NCBI GenBank assembly: GCA_963807605.1 | Contig: CAWECG010000004.1 | Location: forward strand, 576,001 to 640,000 | Reading direction: 5' to 3' | Source of the DNA: Candidatus Bathyarchaeota archaeon | Lineage (GTDB): Archaea > Thermoproteota > Bathyarchaeia > 40CM-2-53-6 > RBG-13-38-9 | Length of the DNA: 64,000 nucleotides | Part shown: positions 1 to 11,763 of the stretch, piece by piece | How the letters are laid out: each line of letters opens with the position of its first letter | Position numbering within the stretch: position 1 is the stretch's first letter | The notes under the pieces: generated by a model | What the model was told of the DNA's origin: nothing | Seen by the model: only the letters and a program-made list of their open reading frames with translations | Database searches by the model: none | Made by a program: the position numbers and the translations under genes

Positions 1-72
1 AATCCTGAACTTACTAGGCGGATCTTCAGAGAAATAATAGAGCTTGCCGTCGATGTTCAGAGAAGACCATAA
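1..72 (+). CDS. 3' end of probable chorismate mutase (partial)
   Basis: Frame 1 reads NPELTRRIFREIIELAVDVQRRP*, like an AroQ C-terminal helix; lies directly upstream of prephenate dehydrogenase. Confidence 0.45.
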   Translation, partial: NPELTRRIFREIIELAVDVQRRP

Positions 73-126
73 TACATACTTCAATCAGACGAAAGCTTAT
101 TCTTCGTAAAAAGGGGTCTGACATTC

Positions 127-945
127 GTGACTCATCAAGGATCATCTTCGAAGCTCACTGTTTCAATCGTCGGGGGCTCTGGTAAGATGGGCCTTCTCTT
201 GGCCAGAATTCTGAAAGACAGAGTCCAAAGCGTGAGGATAGCCTCCCGAGACGATAGGAGAGCAGGCGAAGCTGCAGACAGCCTAGGCGTTGATTGGATA
301 CCGCTCGAAGAGGCGCATAAGAGCACCATTATCATGGTCTCCGTTCCCATAGACCAGACTGTCAGTGTGTGTCGACGCATCGGGCGAAAAATGGAAACGC
401 AATCCCTCCTTATCGATCTCGCGTCTGTGAAGACTGGCATCACCGACCTTATCGCGAAGAACACCCCTGACAGGATAGAATACCTCAGTCTGCACCCACT
501 ATTTGGCCCGCAAGTTAAAGACATCAAAGGCAAGAGGTGCATTGCAATTGCCGCAAGAGGCGGCCCAATAACCGAGGAGTTCATAAAAGTCTTGACAGAA
601 TGCGGAACAACCGTCACAAAGAGCACAGTTGAGGAGCATGACAAGGCAATGGCGGCCATCCAGGTACTTCATCACCATGCGCTTCTAACATTCTCTTCCA
701 CTTTGAATAGAATTGCTTTTGACCAGAAACTTCCAAGATATGTAACAGAATCCTTGGAGAGAACTCTTCAGAATCTTGAGGGCATGCAAGAAAGCTGGGA
801 GACGATATCTAGTATTCAAAAGCGTAATCCGCATGCACAAAAGGTAAGAGAGGCTTTCGTCGAGAGCGCCAATGAGTTGGTCACGTTTAATGAGAATCTA
901 AAGACCAATCTCCACCGTGCCGTCTCATTGTTGCGATCCCCGTAG
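127..945 (+). CDS. tyrA: Prephenate dehydrogenase
   Basis: Rossmann IVGGSGKMG, DLASVK, SLHPLFGP and EEHDKAMA motifs. Confidence 0.9.
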   Translation: MTHQGSSSKLTVSIVGGSGKMGLLLARILKDRVQSVRIASRDDRRAGEAADSLGVDWIPLEEAHKSTIIMVSVPIDQTVSVCRRIGRKMETQSLLIDLASVKTGITDLIAKNTPDRIEYLSLHPLFGPQVKDIKGKRCIAIAARGGPITEEFIKVLTECGTTVTKSTVEEHDKAMAAIQVLHHHALLTFSSTLNRIAFDQKLPRYVTESLERTLQNLEGMQESWETISSIQKRNPHAQKVREAFVESANELVTFNENLKTNLHRAVSLLRSP

Positions 946-949
946 AAGC

Positions 950-2334
950 TTGACACTCCCCTGCCTAAAGACAGGGGATTCTAGCTTCTATCATGTTCAT
1001 CGGTTGATGGGTCATAGCGTTGTTGCGCTCCCACCTCATTCCATCCCACTTTAGAAGGTTAGGTCGTGTCATCGCCCTGTTAATGACTCCCGCAGGGAGC
1101 TTAACACCCTGAGTGAGTCCTATATTTACAACACCAATAGCATCCCTATGAGCCTCCAATCCACAGTTAAGGCATTTGAAGAGTCTACCTTTTCTCTCAA
1201 TACTTTCTGACCCACATCTCACGCATCTGCTTGAAGTCTTGTATTCACTGACTTCTTTGACCCGTATCCCATACTCCTGCGCTGTATGTTCCAGTCTTTG
1301 AATAATATAGTTGAAACTCCAGAAGTTGTGGATCATTGAATTGCTCTTCTTGCCTTTGCTATTGTCATCTCTGATGCCTGTTAGGTCTCCTATCACAATC
1401 TTTGAAACACCGAGATCATATAGATCTCTTACCATGACCCTTATCATGGTGTTGATGGCCTGCCTGAATCTCCGTTGCCTTATACTGTAGAGTTTGCTGA
1501 GTCGCTTCGAACTCTTCTTGCCGTTGACTGCTTCAAGCATGCTCTGGCAATCCGCTATTCTCCTATTCCAGTACCACCAATCTGCTAGGAGGTTTCTTCC
1601 ATTGTATGCTATTGGTTGTCTCCATCCTTCAAGCCAGATGGTGAACAGGTTGATTATGCCGGGGTCGATGTAGCATGTCTTGGAGCCTTTCGGCTTAAAC
1701 AATGGCTTTACCTTTACAGCCTGAAAGACACGCCACTTCCCATCAACCTCATCATAGATGACCTCGGCCTTTCCCTGCTTGCCACCCCATCTTGTCTTGC
1801 CTCGGATGGTTATTTTCATCTTCTTGGGTAGTTTCATCACTCCATCCTTCAGGCTGTAGATGTCGTTTCTCAGAACCATCATCAGCTTGTATTTTCCATC
1901 TCGCTTCCAGTATCCAGGCATACACACCTTCTCAATATTTAGTGGCAGTCTGCCTTCTCGCTCCAGCTGCTTTAATGCGAAGAAGCTCCTCCATGACTCG
2001 TTGCTCTTCCTGATGATCTGTTGAGATGTCGCCGAATCGATTAGTGGTGTGTACTTTCGATAGAGGTCTTTGCATCTCCAATCTAGGGGTTGATAGTTCA
2101 TGTATGCCTGTCTTTTGCGGTAGGTTGCCTCATTCCAAAGTTTGGCACAGTTGGTGGCTTTATTCCTCAGTGTTCTTTCTTGCTCCATTGTTGGGGCAAG
2201 GATGAAGGTGTTGGTTCTCCGCATGAAACTACCTGTATTATTATTGAAACACCAAGACATTTAAGCCCCAGACGTCTCACTCTGGTTGCAATTCATCCCA
2301 CCCCTGAAGGGGTGGGCTTTCTTGCTAGTTCAAT
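950..2334 (-). mobile_element. IS200/IS605-family tnpB-only element, family F1 copy 1
   Basis: Minus strand: TTAC|ATTGAACTAGCAAGAAAG-hairpin left end; right end GAAT-CCCCTGTCTTTAGGCAGGGG-AGTGTCAA; both ends also found at copies 2-4 and the right end at copy 5, with different flanks. Confidence 0.95.
965..2224 (-). CDS. tnpB: TnpB RNA-guided endonuclease (F1, intact, 419 aa)
   Basis: RuvC-I IDPG, IVIGDL, VSEYKTS, CxxC..CxxC zinc finger, HRD; start set at ATG 2224 by comparison with copy 2. Confidence 0.93.
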   Translation of the reverse strand: MRRTNTFILAPTMEQERTLRNKATNCAKLWNEATYRKRQAYMNYQPLDWRCKDLYRKYTPLIDSATSQQIIRKSNESWRSFFALKQLEREGRLPLNIEKVCMPGYWKRDGKYKLMMVLRNDIYSLKDGVMKLPKKMKITIRGKTRWGGKQGKAEVIYDEVDGKWRVFQAVKVKPLFKPKGSKTCYIDPGIINLFTIWLEGWRQPIAYNGRNLLADWWYWNRRIADCQSMLEAVNGKKSSKRLSKLYSIRQRRFRQAINTMIRVMVRDLYDLGVSKIVIGDLTGIRDDNSKGKKSNSMIHNFWSFNYIIQRLEHTAQEYGIRVKEVSEYKTSSRCVRCGSESIERKGRLFKCLNCGLEAHRDAIGVVNIGLTQGVKLPAGVINRAMTRPNLLKWDGMRWERNNAMTHQPMNMIEARIPCL

Positions 2335-2403
2335 GTAAAGTCACTGAGTACTCCATAAAAGTTATACGCTATTGCTCACCTACTGTAGTCAGGTGTCATT
2401 GAA

Positions 2404-2652
2404 TTGTGCGAGTCATCTGAGGAGCCGAGGTGGACGACTTGGCTACTGTTCGGCTGCTCCAATTCCGAGGAACATCCGGACGACGCTGAGAAGGGAATTG
2501 CTGTCATAACCAACGATATGAGGACGCAGCAGGTCACGGCAGTCATGGAGGAGCGGATATGCAGCCTGTGCGGAGCACCCTTTGAGACCATTGGCGAAGA
2601 GAGCGCGCTAACACCCTACTTGAACCTTGATATTGAACGATTTCGATCCTGA
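2404..2652 (+). CDS. Small hypothetical protein, possibly Zn-binding or decayed
   Basis: 82-aa ORF with C..H and CSLC motifs in the space between the IS and gatE. Confidence 0.35.
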   Translation: MCESSEEPRWTTWLLFGCSNSEEHPDDAEKGIAVITNDMRTQQVTAVMEERICSLCGAPFETIGEESALTPYLNLDIERFRS

Positions 2653-2725
2653 TGGCTACGCAATACTGAAGGATGACGAGATCACAGGCTGACTATTATC
2701 AGAGGAGGACGTCGGCCGTGCAACG

Positions 2726-4627
2726 CTAGGCTTTGCCTAGCCGCCTAGCGATCTCTTCTCTCAGTATTTCACTTACCTTCTTTGCCTCCACCTTACCCCT
2801 AACTTCCGACATAATTATATTCATTAATCTTCCAGTCGATGATCCGCCTTCTTGTTTCAGCAGCTCAGTATTCCTTTCAAGTAAGGCATTCACTCTGTCT
2901 CTCAATTCATTATCTGAGATAGTGGCCAGACCAAGTCCTTCAACAGCGTTCTTGACATCTGCCCCTGGTTTTTGAGCTAGCCATTTCAGAAGGTCAGGAA
3001 CCGACTCCTTCGCAGTTAGATTTGAATCAACTGCTTTGAAGACTTCGATAATCTTCTCGTCGCTAAGATTCTCTGTCGGAACCCCTTCTCTGTTGAGACT
3101 TTTGATTATCTCTGTTAGGCTGGTGGCTACGAATGATGGGGCGACACCGGTGTCCCGCGTGATATTTTCGAAGAGTTGCAAGTAATCAGAGTTTACCAGC
3201 TGCTCGGCCAGTTTCTTGTTAATCTTGTAGGTCGCGGCCAGCTGGTTTACAATATCATCTGGCATGGTTGGAAGGCTCATTCTTAATCTAGAAAGCCTCT
3301 CTTCAGTCACGGTCACTGGAGGCACATCAGTCTCCGGATACATTCTTGCGGCGCCGGGCCTTGGCCGCATATATCTGCTTGTTCCATCATCATTAGCAGC
3401 ACGAGTTTCTTCTGGAACGCCGGTGAGACATTCCCTTGCCCTCTCGATCACCGCTCTCAGAGCTTCCTGAGCTCTCTCTTCAGAATCGGCAACAAAGGCG
3501 ACTGCGTCATCTTCTGATGCGTTCAGCTTCTTCCTGAGTTCAAGCACCTCTTCTTGGGATATACCGTAGTTCGGCAACTCGTCTGTGTGGAAGATTCCAC
3601 CAACCCCTCCCCAGTAGATTGCCCTCTGAGCCATCTCCGTCCCTAGTCTATGGCCGTTCTGAAGCTCTGCACCCAGCAATCCTCTGTATCTCGGAAGCAT
3701 AACTGCCAGAACTATTCCTCCTTTCTTAAGAGTTGATGACAGAACCTTGGACTTAGTCTCGGCGAATATTGCTGAGACTTCCAGGAATTCCCTTTTCAAA
3801 TCGTTCTCTTTAACGCCTCTAGCCTCGAGTTCATTTTTGATCTTTAGAAGTGCAAGTTGTCTCGCTACCTCGCCCTCAACAATTTTGGGTATTAGTTCAA
3901 GCTTCTGTACGCCTTTGATCTCTATGAGTGCACCTTGTCTCGTCGAGATGTTGAGGTCTTGGCGTATTGTTCCAAGTCCTCTCTTGACCCTTCTTGTCGC
4001 CCTCAACAATCTCCCTATTTCCAGGGCGACCTCTTCAGCCTCTTCAGGTGACTTTATGGAGGGTGCTGTTGCAATCTCTATGAGTGGGATTCCAAGTCTA
4101 TCGATTCTGTAGGTTGTGATCTGTCCAGACTCTGCAATCTTCCTGGCTGCGTCTTCTTCTACGCTCAGATGTTGGATTCCTACCTTCTCATTCTTTCCTA
4201 TGACGCCACCTAGAGAGATTACGCATGTTCTCTGGAAACCTGTCGTGTTTGAGCCGTCTATGACTATCTTTCTCATCACGTGTATCTCGTCTACAGGTTT
4301 CGAATTCATAAGCAAAGATGCTGTGAGGGCGACGTCGATCGCCTCCTCATTCAGTTTGTGCGGAGGCTCCTCATCCATTTCAACAAGACATGAAGTATCG
4401 CTGGACACTTCATACTCTATTGTTCTCTCTTTCTTGAATTCGAACAGTGCTGCTTGGTCGACTTGGCCCAACTCGCTCTGGGTGGGTCTGAGTATCCGAG
4501 TGAAATTTATGTTGGGTTTCTCAGAGAGCTCTGTGGGGCAGCTGCAAAAGAGCTTGTGTCTCGTGTCTAGTTGTTGGTGTATCTCCAGTCCTACTTTCAG
4601 TCCAATCTCTTGATAGTCAACATTCAC
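2726..4627 (-). CDS. gatE: Glu-tRNA(Gln) amidotransferase subunit E
   Basis: GLEIHQQL, DGSNTTGFQRT, RGLGTIRQD, PGAARMYPETD; GTG start at 4627 overlaps the gatD stop (GTGA). Confidence 0.97.
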   Translation of the reverse strand: MNVDYQEIGLKVGLEIHQQLDTRHKLFCSCPTELSEKPNINFTRILRPTQSELGQVDQAALFEFKKERTIEYEVSSDTSCLVEMDEEPPHKLNEEAIDVALTASLLMNSKPVDEIHVMRKIVIDGSNTTGFQRTCVISLGGVIGKNEKVGIQHLSVEEDAARKIAESGQITTYRIDRLGIPLIEIATAPSIKSPEEAEEVALEIGRLLRATRRVKRGLGTIRQDLNISTRQGALIEIKGVQKLELIPKIVEGEVARQLALLKIKNELEARGVKENDLKREFLEVSAIFAETKSKVLSSTLKKGGIVLAVMLPRYRGLLGAELQNGHRLGTEMAQRAIYWGGVGGIFHTDELPNYGISQEEVLELRKKLNASEDDAVAFVADSEERAQEALRAVIERARECLTGVPEETRAANDDGTSRYMRPRPGAARMYPETDVPPVTVTEERLSRLRMSLPTMPDDIVNQLAATYKINKKLAEQLVNSDYLQLFENITRDTGVAPSFVATSLTEIIKSLNREGVPTENLSDEKIIEVFKAVDSNLTAKESVPDLLKWLAQKPGADVKNAVEGLGLATISDNELRDRVNALLERNTELLKQEGGSSTGRLMNIIMSEVRGKVEAKKVSEILREEIARRLGKA

Positions 4628-5967
4628 CAAATTGAGTCCTCGGGCATAGTTCTTTGAGTAATCTCTCTGGCTATGTTTGTAGTGAGAATGTTCTTGACCT
4701 TCTCGAGATTTTTTGTTTGACCCAGTGCCCACATTGTCTTGACCAGAGCTGTTTCTGGGAGCATGTCCTCTAAAGGCACCACTCCTAGGTCCAAAAGGTC
4801 GCGGCCTGTAGCATAGACGTTCATGTTGACTCTACCCCAGAGGCACTGTGAAGTCATCCCAACTAGTGTGCCTCTTTCAATCGCTTCTTGGATAGACTCT
4901 TGGAGATTTTTGCTCACGTGTCCTAGACCCGTGCCTTCGAGAACTATTCCCGAGTATCGTTCATCGTTTGCCCATTTGATTATTGCATCACTCATTCCGG
5001 GGTAGAACTTCAGCAAGAGGACTTTCTCGTTGAAGTTTGTCCTTAATTCAAGTCTTCTCGTGGGATCCCGCCTGGAGTAATCGGAACAAATCATCTCAAG
5101 CGAGGCGGTCTGCAGATCATAAGCTGCGAGTGGGGGGGAATTTATAGATTTGAAAGCGTACCGACTGCTTGTATGGCATTTCCTAACTTTTGTCCCTCTA
5201 TGAACTGTAATGGTCTTGTCTGAGGAACCACCATGCATTGCGACCGCCACTTCCGCGAAGGGGGCCTTTGAGGCCATGGCCACTGCACCCATAAGGTTGG
5301 AGGCAGCGTCTGAGCTCGGCCTGTCTGAAGATCTTTGGGAACCGACGAGGATGACAGGAACGGGAAGGTTTCCTAGAATGAAGCTCAGAGCCGCTGACGT
5401 GTAAGCCATCGTGTCCGTTCCATGACAGACAACAACGCCATGTGTACCGGACTTCACAGCCTCCGAGATCTCTTGGGCCATTCCGACCCAATGCCTCGGC
5501 GCCATGTTCTCGCTTAACTCACTATAGAGAATATGAGCGTTTACATCGGCCAACTCAGAGAGTTCGGGAACAGCGCTGTATAGATCGGCGGCAGATAGGG
5601 CGGGTTGAACCGCTCCTGTCCTATAGTCAACTCTGCTTGCTATTGTCCCTCCTGTGCTGATTATGTCGATCCGTTCGAGTCCCTTCTTGCCTGATGGTTG
5701 GATCGTGCTTGTAAAGGCAGGCTTAGCCCCGATCCCAATCCGTTCGATCTTACTCACTGATGATATATTGACCCCAATATTGTAGCCGCTTCCAATCTTG
5801 ATGACCACGTGGAGATCATCCCCTGACTCTGATCGGGGCATCAGTCCCCCTTTGTAGATCTCCCCGTCCTTAACGATTCTTATCCTATCACCTATCGAGG
5901 TTTTTGCATCACTGAGAATCTTGTAGGCTCTTCCAGTGTAGCCCTTCAGCTCATCAGTAGACTGCAA
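4624..5967 (-). CDS. gatD: Glu-tRNA(Gln) amidotransferase subunit D
   Basis: STGGTIASRVDY, HGTDTM, GSQRSSDRPSSD; adjacent to gatE. Confidence 0.97.
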   Translation of the reverse strand: MQSTDELKGYTGRAYKILSDAKTSIGDRIRIVKDGEIYKGGLMPRSESGDDLHVVIKIGSGYNIGVNISSVSKIERIGIGAKPAFTSTIQPSGKKGLERIDIISTGGTIASRVDYRTGAVQPALSAADLYSAVPELSELADVNAHILYSELSENMAPRHWVGMAQEISEAVKSGTHGVVVCHGTDTMAYTSAALSFILGNLPVPVILVGSQRSSDRPSSDAASNLMGAVAMASKAPFAEVAVAMHGGSSDKTITVHRGTKVRKCHTSSRYAFKSINSPPLAAYDLQTASLEMICSDYSRRDPTRRLELRTNFNEKVLLLKFYPGMSDAIIKWANDERYSGIVLEGTGLGHVSKNLQESIQEAIERGTLVGMTSQCLWGRVNMNVYATGRDLLDLGVVPLEDMLPETALVKTMWALGQTKNLEKVKNILTTNIAREITQRTMPEDSIW

Positions 5968-5982
5968 GTCTTCATCTCACCG

Positions 5983-7602
5983 CTACTCGGTATCAGCCCT
6001 AGTTTCCGGCTCATGCAGGCTCTTTGACATGTAGGGACCCTCTAGAGAATATCCAGACTTCATAAAGTATCTTCTCGAGCCAAGGGCGCTCGTCACAAGA
6101 ATCTTCCTGCACCCATAGTTGCTAGCAGCTATCTCCTCGGCCTTACCCAGGAGACGGGATCCAAACCCCTTATGCTGCCACACATCTGGAACCGACTCTC
6201 CAACTGGGACTAGGGGACCTAGGACGTGTATTTCGCGTATTATACCAGCTGCTTTTCCTGCAATCTCTTTTCTGTGAGCACTATCTGAAGGTATTCTCAG
6301 TCTAGTGTAGCCGACTAAACACCCAGAGTCAGGATCTTCTATTGAGATGAACACTTCCATACCTTCTGATGCCTCGTATGTGCGAGTCATGAGCCTCAGA
6401 TTGTCTGTCTGGGGAAGGTGTTCTTTTCTTCTGAGTCTGTGTCCTACCTCTCTGCATCTGATGCATCTGCACTTCAGGCCTTTCTCACTCATCGTCTTGA
6501 GGACCATCTCTCGAAGATTTCCTCTCTTAACACCTGCGAGGATAAGGTAGGCGGGAATATCCCTCTGTATCCGCATTATCCTAATCCACGGTGGAACCAT
6601 CTTCTTGATCTGACTTAGAAGCTCAATCGATTCTTCAAGCTCGTATGGACGGTATGATCCTTTAAGCCACCAATTATGAAGCTTGGTTCCTTTCAACACG
6701 AGGCAGGGGTAGATCTTCAACATATCGGGCTTGAGTCTTGGATCTTCGAAGAGCCTCCTGAAGGCTTCAAGATCCCTCTGAGCATTGGAGCCGGGTAGAC
6801 CGGGCATCATATGAGCAACAATCTTCAAGCCTGAGTCCTTCAAGGTCTGGAATGACTCTATGACTGCGTCCAAGTGGTGACCTCTATCGACCAAATCATA
6901 GACGTCGTCGTAGAGGTTCTGAACCCCCACCTCTACTCTGGTAACGCCCATTAAGAGCATATTGTCGACGTCATCTTTCTTCGTATAGTCCGGTCGTGTC
7001 TCGACTGTTATTCCAACGTTTCTGTTCTTGCTCCACGTAGCTTTCTCCATAGCATCTTCCAGAGATCTTGACGGTTTCTCCGTAATGGCGTCAAGACATC
7101 CTTTGATGAATGATCTTTGATATTCGATCGGCGAGGCTGGGAAGGTCCCTCCCTGAATTATGAGCTCAATCTTACTGGTGCTATGTCCTATCGCCTTGAG
7201 TTGGTCCAATCTGCTTCTGACCTGCAGGAATGGGTCGAACATGTTCTGCAGTCCTCTCATCGCAGCAGGCTCTTTTCCCGTATAGCTGGAAGGTACACCT
7301 TGCTCGTGTGGACAGTAAGCGCATCTCCCGTGAGGGCAGTCACGTGGTTGACTCATCACAGAGATGATGTTTACGCCGGAGAGGCTCCTTACTCGTTTAA
7401 GTTGGAGAACGGAGAGAAGACTGGCCCGTTCACTTTGAGACGCAAGAGATAGGATTTCTGAGTTCTTGGGCAGAAACTCAAGGTGATGATGCTTGCTGGA
7501 TTCGAGCTTCAACTTGTTAACATCAACCGTCCCGCTTGGATTTTCTATCAGCTTATCAAGTACTTCTCGACATACAGCGCTCCGGACTACTGAGGTCTTC
7601 AT
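5983..7602 (-). CDS. elp3: Elp3 radical-SAM/KAT tRNA U34 acetyltransferase
   Basis: CPHGRCAYCP, GGTF, ETRPD, KIYPC, QHKGFG motifs. Confidence 0.95.
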   Translation of the reverse strand: MKTSVVRSAVCREVLDKLIENPSGTVDVNKLKLESSKHHHLEFLPKNSEILSLASQSERASLLSVLQLKRVRSLSGVNIISVMSQPRDCPHGRCAYCPHEQGVPSSYTGKEPAAMRGLQNMFDPFLQVRSRLDQLKAIGHSTSKIELIIQGGTFPASPIEYQRSFIKGCLDAITEKPSRSLEDAMEKATWSKNRNVGITVETRPDYTKKDDVDNMLLMGVTRVEVGVQNLYDDVYDLVDRGHHLDAVIESFQTLKDSGLKIVAHMMPGLPGSNAQRDLEAFRRLFEDPRLKPDMLKIYPCLVLKGTKLHNWWLKGSYRPYELEESIELLSQIKKMVPPWIRIMRIQRDIPAYLILAGVKRGNLREMVLKTMSEKGLKCRCIRCREVGHRLRRKEHLPQTDNLRLMTRTYEASEGMEVFISIEDPDSGCLVGYTRLRIPSDSAHRKEIAGKAAGIIREIHVLGPLVPVGESVPDVWQHKGFGSRLLGKAEEIAASNYGCRKILVTSALGSRRYFMKSGYSLEGPYMSKSLHEPETRADTE

Positions 7603-7643
7603 TGAGTTCTACGGCCACCCATGGAGTCAAGTGAGTTTAATCC

Positions 7644-9027
7644 TTGACACTCCCCTGCCTAAAGACAGGGGATTCTAGCTTCTATCATGTTCATCGGTTG
7701 ATGGGTCATAGCGTTGTTGCGCTCCCACCTCATTCCATCCCACTTTAGAAGGTTAGGGCGTGTCATCGCCCTGTTAATGACTCCCGCAGGGAGCTTAACC
7801 CCCTGAGTGAGTCCTATATTTACAACACCAATAGCATCCCTATTTGCTTCTAGTCCACAATTAAGGCATTTGAAGAGTCTGCCTTTCCTTTCAATGTTTT
7901 CTGACCCACATCTCACGCATTTGCTCGAAGTCTTGTATTCGCTGACTTCTTTGATCCGTATCCTATACTCTTGCGCTGTATGTTTCAGTCTTTGAATGAT
8001 GTAGTTGAAGCTCCAGAAGTTGTGGATTATGGCGTTGCTCTTCTTTCCTTTATCGTTGCCGTCTCTGATGCCTGTTAGGTCTCCTATCACAATCTTTGAA
8101 ACACCGAGATCATATAGATCTCTTACCATGTTTCTTATCATGGCATTGATGGCTTGCCTGAATCTCCGTTGTCTCATCCTATACAGTTTGCTGAGTCGCT
8201 TCGAACTTTTCTTGCCGTTGACTGCTTCAAGTCTGCTCTGACATTCCGCTATTCTAGTGACCCAGTACCACCAATCAGAGAGTAGATTTCTACCACTGTA
8301 TGCTACTGGTTGCCTCCATCCTTCAAGCCAGATGGTGAACAGGTTAATGATACCGATGTCGATGTAGCATGTCTTGGAGCCTTGCGGCTTAAACAATGGC
8401 TTTACCTTTACAGCCTGAAAGACACGCCACTTCCCATCAACCTCATCATAGATGACCTCGGCCTTTCCCTGCTTCCCACTCCATGTGGGTTTGCCTTGGA
8501 TGGGTATCTTCAACTTCTTTGGTAGCTTCATCGCTCCATCCTTCAGGCTGTAGATGTCGTTTCTCAGAACCATCATCAGCCTGTATTTTCCATCTCGCTT
8601 CCAGAAGCCAGGCGTACACACCTTCTCAATATTTAGTGGCAGTCTGCCTTCTCGCTCCAGCTGCTTTAATGCGAAGAAGCTCCTCCATGACTCGTTGCTC
8701 TTCCTGATGATCTGTTGAGATGTCGCCGAATCGATTAGTGGTGTATACTTTCGATAGAGGTCTTTGTACTCCCAATTTAGGGGTTGATAGTTCATGTATG
8801 CCTGTCTTTTGCGGTAGGTTGCCTCGTTCCAAAGTTTGGCACAGTTGGTAGCTTTATCCCTCAGTATCTTCTCTTGCTCCGCTGTTGGATCAAGGATGAA
8901 GGTGTTGGTTCTCTGCATGAAACTACCAGTATTATTATTGAAACACCAGACATTTAAGCCCCAAACGTCTCACTCTGGTCGCAATTCATCCCACCCCTGA
9001 AGGGGTGAGCTTTCTTGCTAGTTCAAT
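7644..9027 (-). mobile_element. IS200/IS605 tnpB-only element, F1 copy 2
   Basis: Same ends as copy 1; TTAC target at 9028-9031; inserted just upstream of the elp3 TATA-like box. Confidence 0.95.
7659..8918 (-). CDS. tnpB: TnpB (F1 copy 2, intact 419 aa)
   Basis: Closely similar to copy 1; IDIG, IVIGDL, EYKTS, NRD. Confidence 0.93.
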   Translation of the reverse strand: MQRTNTFILDPTAEQEKILRDKATNCAKLWNEATYRKRQAYMNYQPLNWEYKDLYRKYTPLIDSATSQQIIRKSNESWRSFFALKQLEREGRLPLNIEKVCTPGFWKRDGKYRLMMVLRNDIYSLKDGAMKLPKKLKIPIQGKPTWSGKQGKAEVIYDEVDGKWRVFQAVKVKPLFKPQGSKTCYIDIGIINLFTIWLEGWRQPVAYSGRNLLSDWWYWVTRIAECQSRLEAVNGKKSSKRLSKLYRMRQRRFRQAINAMIRNMVRDLYDLGVSKIVIGDLTGIRDGNDKGKKSNAIIHNFWSFNYIIQRLKHTAQEYRIRIKEVSEYKTSSKCVRCGSENIERKGRLFKCLNCGLEANRDAIGVVNIGLTQGVKLPAGVINRAMTRPNLLKWDGMRWERNNAMTHQPMNMIEARIPCL

Positions 9028-9808
9028 GTAAGACGATACCTGTTATTTTTGGGTTCTAGGTTGGTTCATCTCTTGTCTGCCTCTCGCTCTAGGTGATCTT
9101 TTTCACGGATCTGTTGTGAAGCCTAGCCTCGATAAAACAGGAACGAATCATTGGTTTTAGGAGAACTAGCGGTCCTAGACATAGACCTATCGGAAAAGGG
9201 AATAAAATGTAAACTGATGGTCTAGGCGCGCGGCTGGAAAGAACTTGAGAAAGTAGACGAGAAGTACAGGTTGATAAGGGACGCTCGAATTGAGATGGCT
9301 AAGAGAGACCTTGAGCGAACAGAAGCACTGGAGAAGAGGAAGAAAGCCTAATTCACTTTCCACTCTCCCTTCCATTCTTATTCTGTTAGCCTTGAGTTGT
9401 TTAGGGATATTTCTTGCCTGTTTTGAAGACGAAAGGGATTGAAGAGGTTAGGTTTTGGCGAGCGCGGTCTGTAGTTCTATAGCACTTATAAGCTTAATCT
9501 GTCTCGAACGAATCCGCTAGTCTAGGCAGAGATGCAATATGGTTTGAGTGTGAATCTTCCCTTTTCGGTGACCAGTCTTCGCGAATGGGCTACAAAGACA
9601 TTGAGAACGTAGAGGCTGAGAAAGATGTCCAGCAAAAGACAAGATTGATCTTAGGAACACGGTCTCAAAGAATGGACCAAGCAGAATCAATGTCAACTAA
9701 GCAAGAAACATCATAAATTGGAGGAAAGGAAAATCGAACCCTAGAATCACATTCAGAATACTACTGATCATACCTGCCTTCCTAATCTTACGACCGAATG
9801 CAGACCAA

Positions 9809-10351
9809 GTGTATCCCCCGGAAATGCGATTCGCACTAATCATTTGGCTGGTATCAGCGTTTTGGTTGTCGTTCTGGATTCCAGAGCGACTAGATGGAAG
9901 TGGAAAAGCGTTACTGAGAGTTTTTGCAATTCTTTTCCTGATCGCTTGGTTTTCCATAAGCATGATTCCGACGTTTTATGATTATTTTGTCCTGCACCTT
10001 TATGGTGGTACTGAATTCAATGTCCCAGAATTTGCAGCTTGGGTGATCCAAACGACCTTCTATTGGTATTGGGGATGGTGGGTCTTCAGTTATTGGATTG
10101 GACTATTGTTTATCGTGGGAATTGTACTTCTAATTCTGAGTTTCCAGCTTCCAAAGGAGAAACTTAATCCTAGAGCCGATAGGGCAACTAGAGACGAGCC
10201 CAAACCCTTAGGCAAAATCAAATCGGAAACAGTTCCATTGACTAAAGAGGAACTTATACGAAGCGCTATGAAAGCCCTTGATCAGGGAGACAAAGAACTT
10301 GCCAAGAAGTTTATGGACCAAGCAGAATCAATGCGCCACGACAATCACTAG
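9809..10351 (+). CDS. Hypothetical membrane protein
   Basis: Three hydrophobic Trp-rich segments and a charged helical C-terminus. Confidence 0.6.
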   Translation: MYPPEMRFALIIWLVSAFWLSFWIPERLDGSGKALLRVFAILFLIAWFSISMIPTFYDYFVLHLYGGTEFNVPEFAAWVIQTTFYWYWGWWVFSYWIGLLFIVGIVLLILSFQLPKEKLNPRADRATRDEPKPLGKIKSETVPLTKEELIRSAMKALDQGDKELAKKFMDQAESMRHDNH

Positions 10352-10419
10352 TTTTCTTCGCGCTCCTGTGTCTCCTCATCCACACTGCCCTTTTTTTAAA
10401 AATACCGCCATTAAGGTCT

Positions 10420-11743
<1,324 letters not shown>

Positions 11744-11763
11744 ATAAATCGAATCCACAGACG

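Noticed and set aside
1616-2338. Recurrent small plus-strand ORFs (also at 8310, 8483, 43554, 44028, 11653)
   Set aside because: They are antisense or IS-end shadows that recur only because the elements are repeated.
4628-4732. N-terminal extension of GatE
   Set aside because: It overlaps gatD; the GTG at 4627 gives the normal start.
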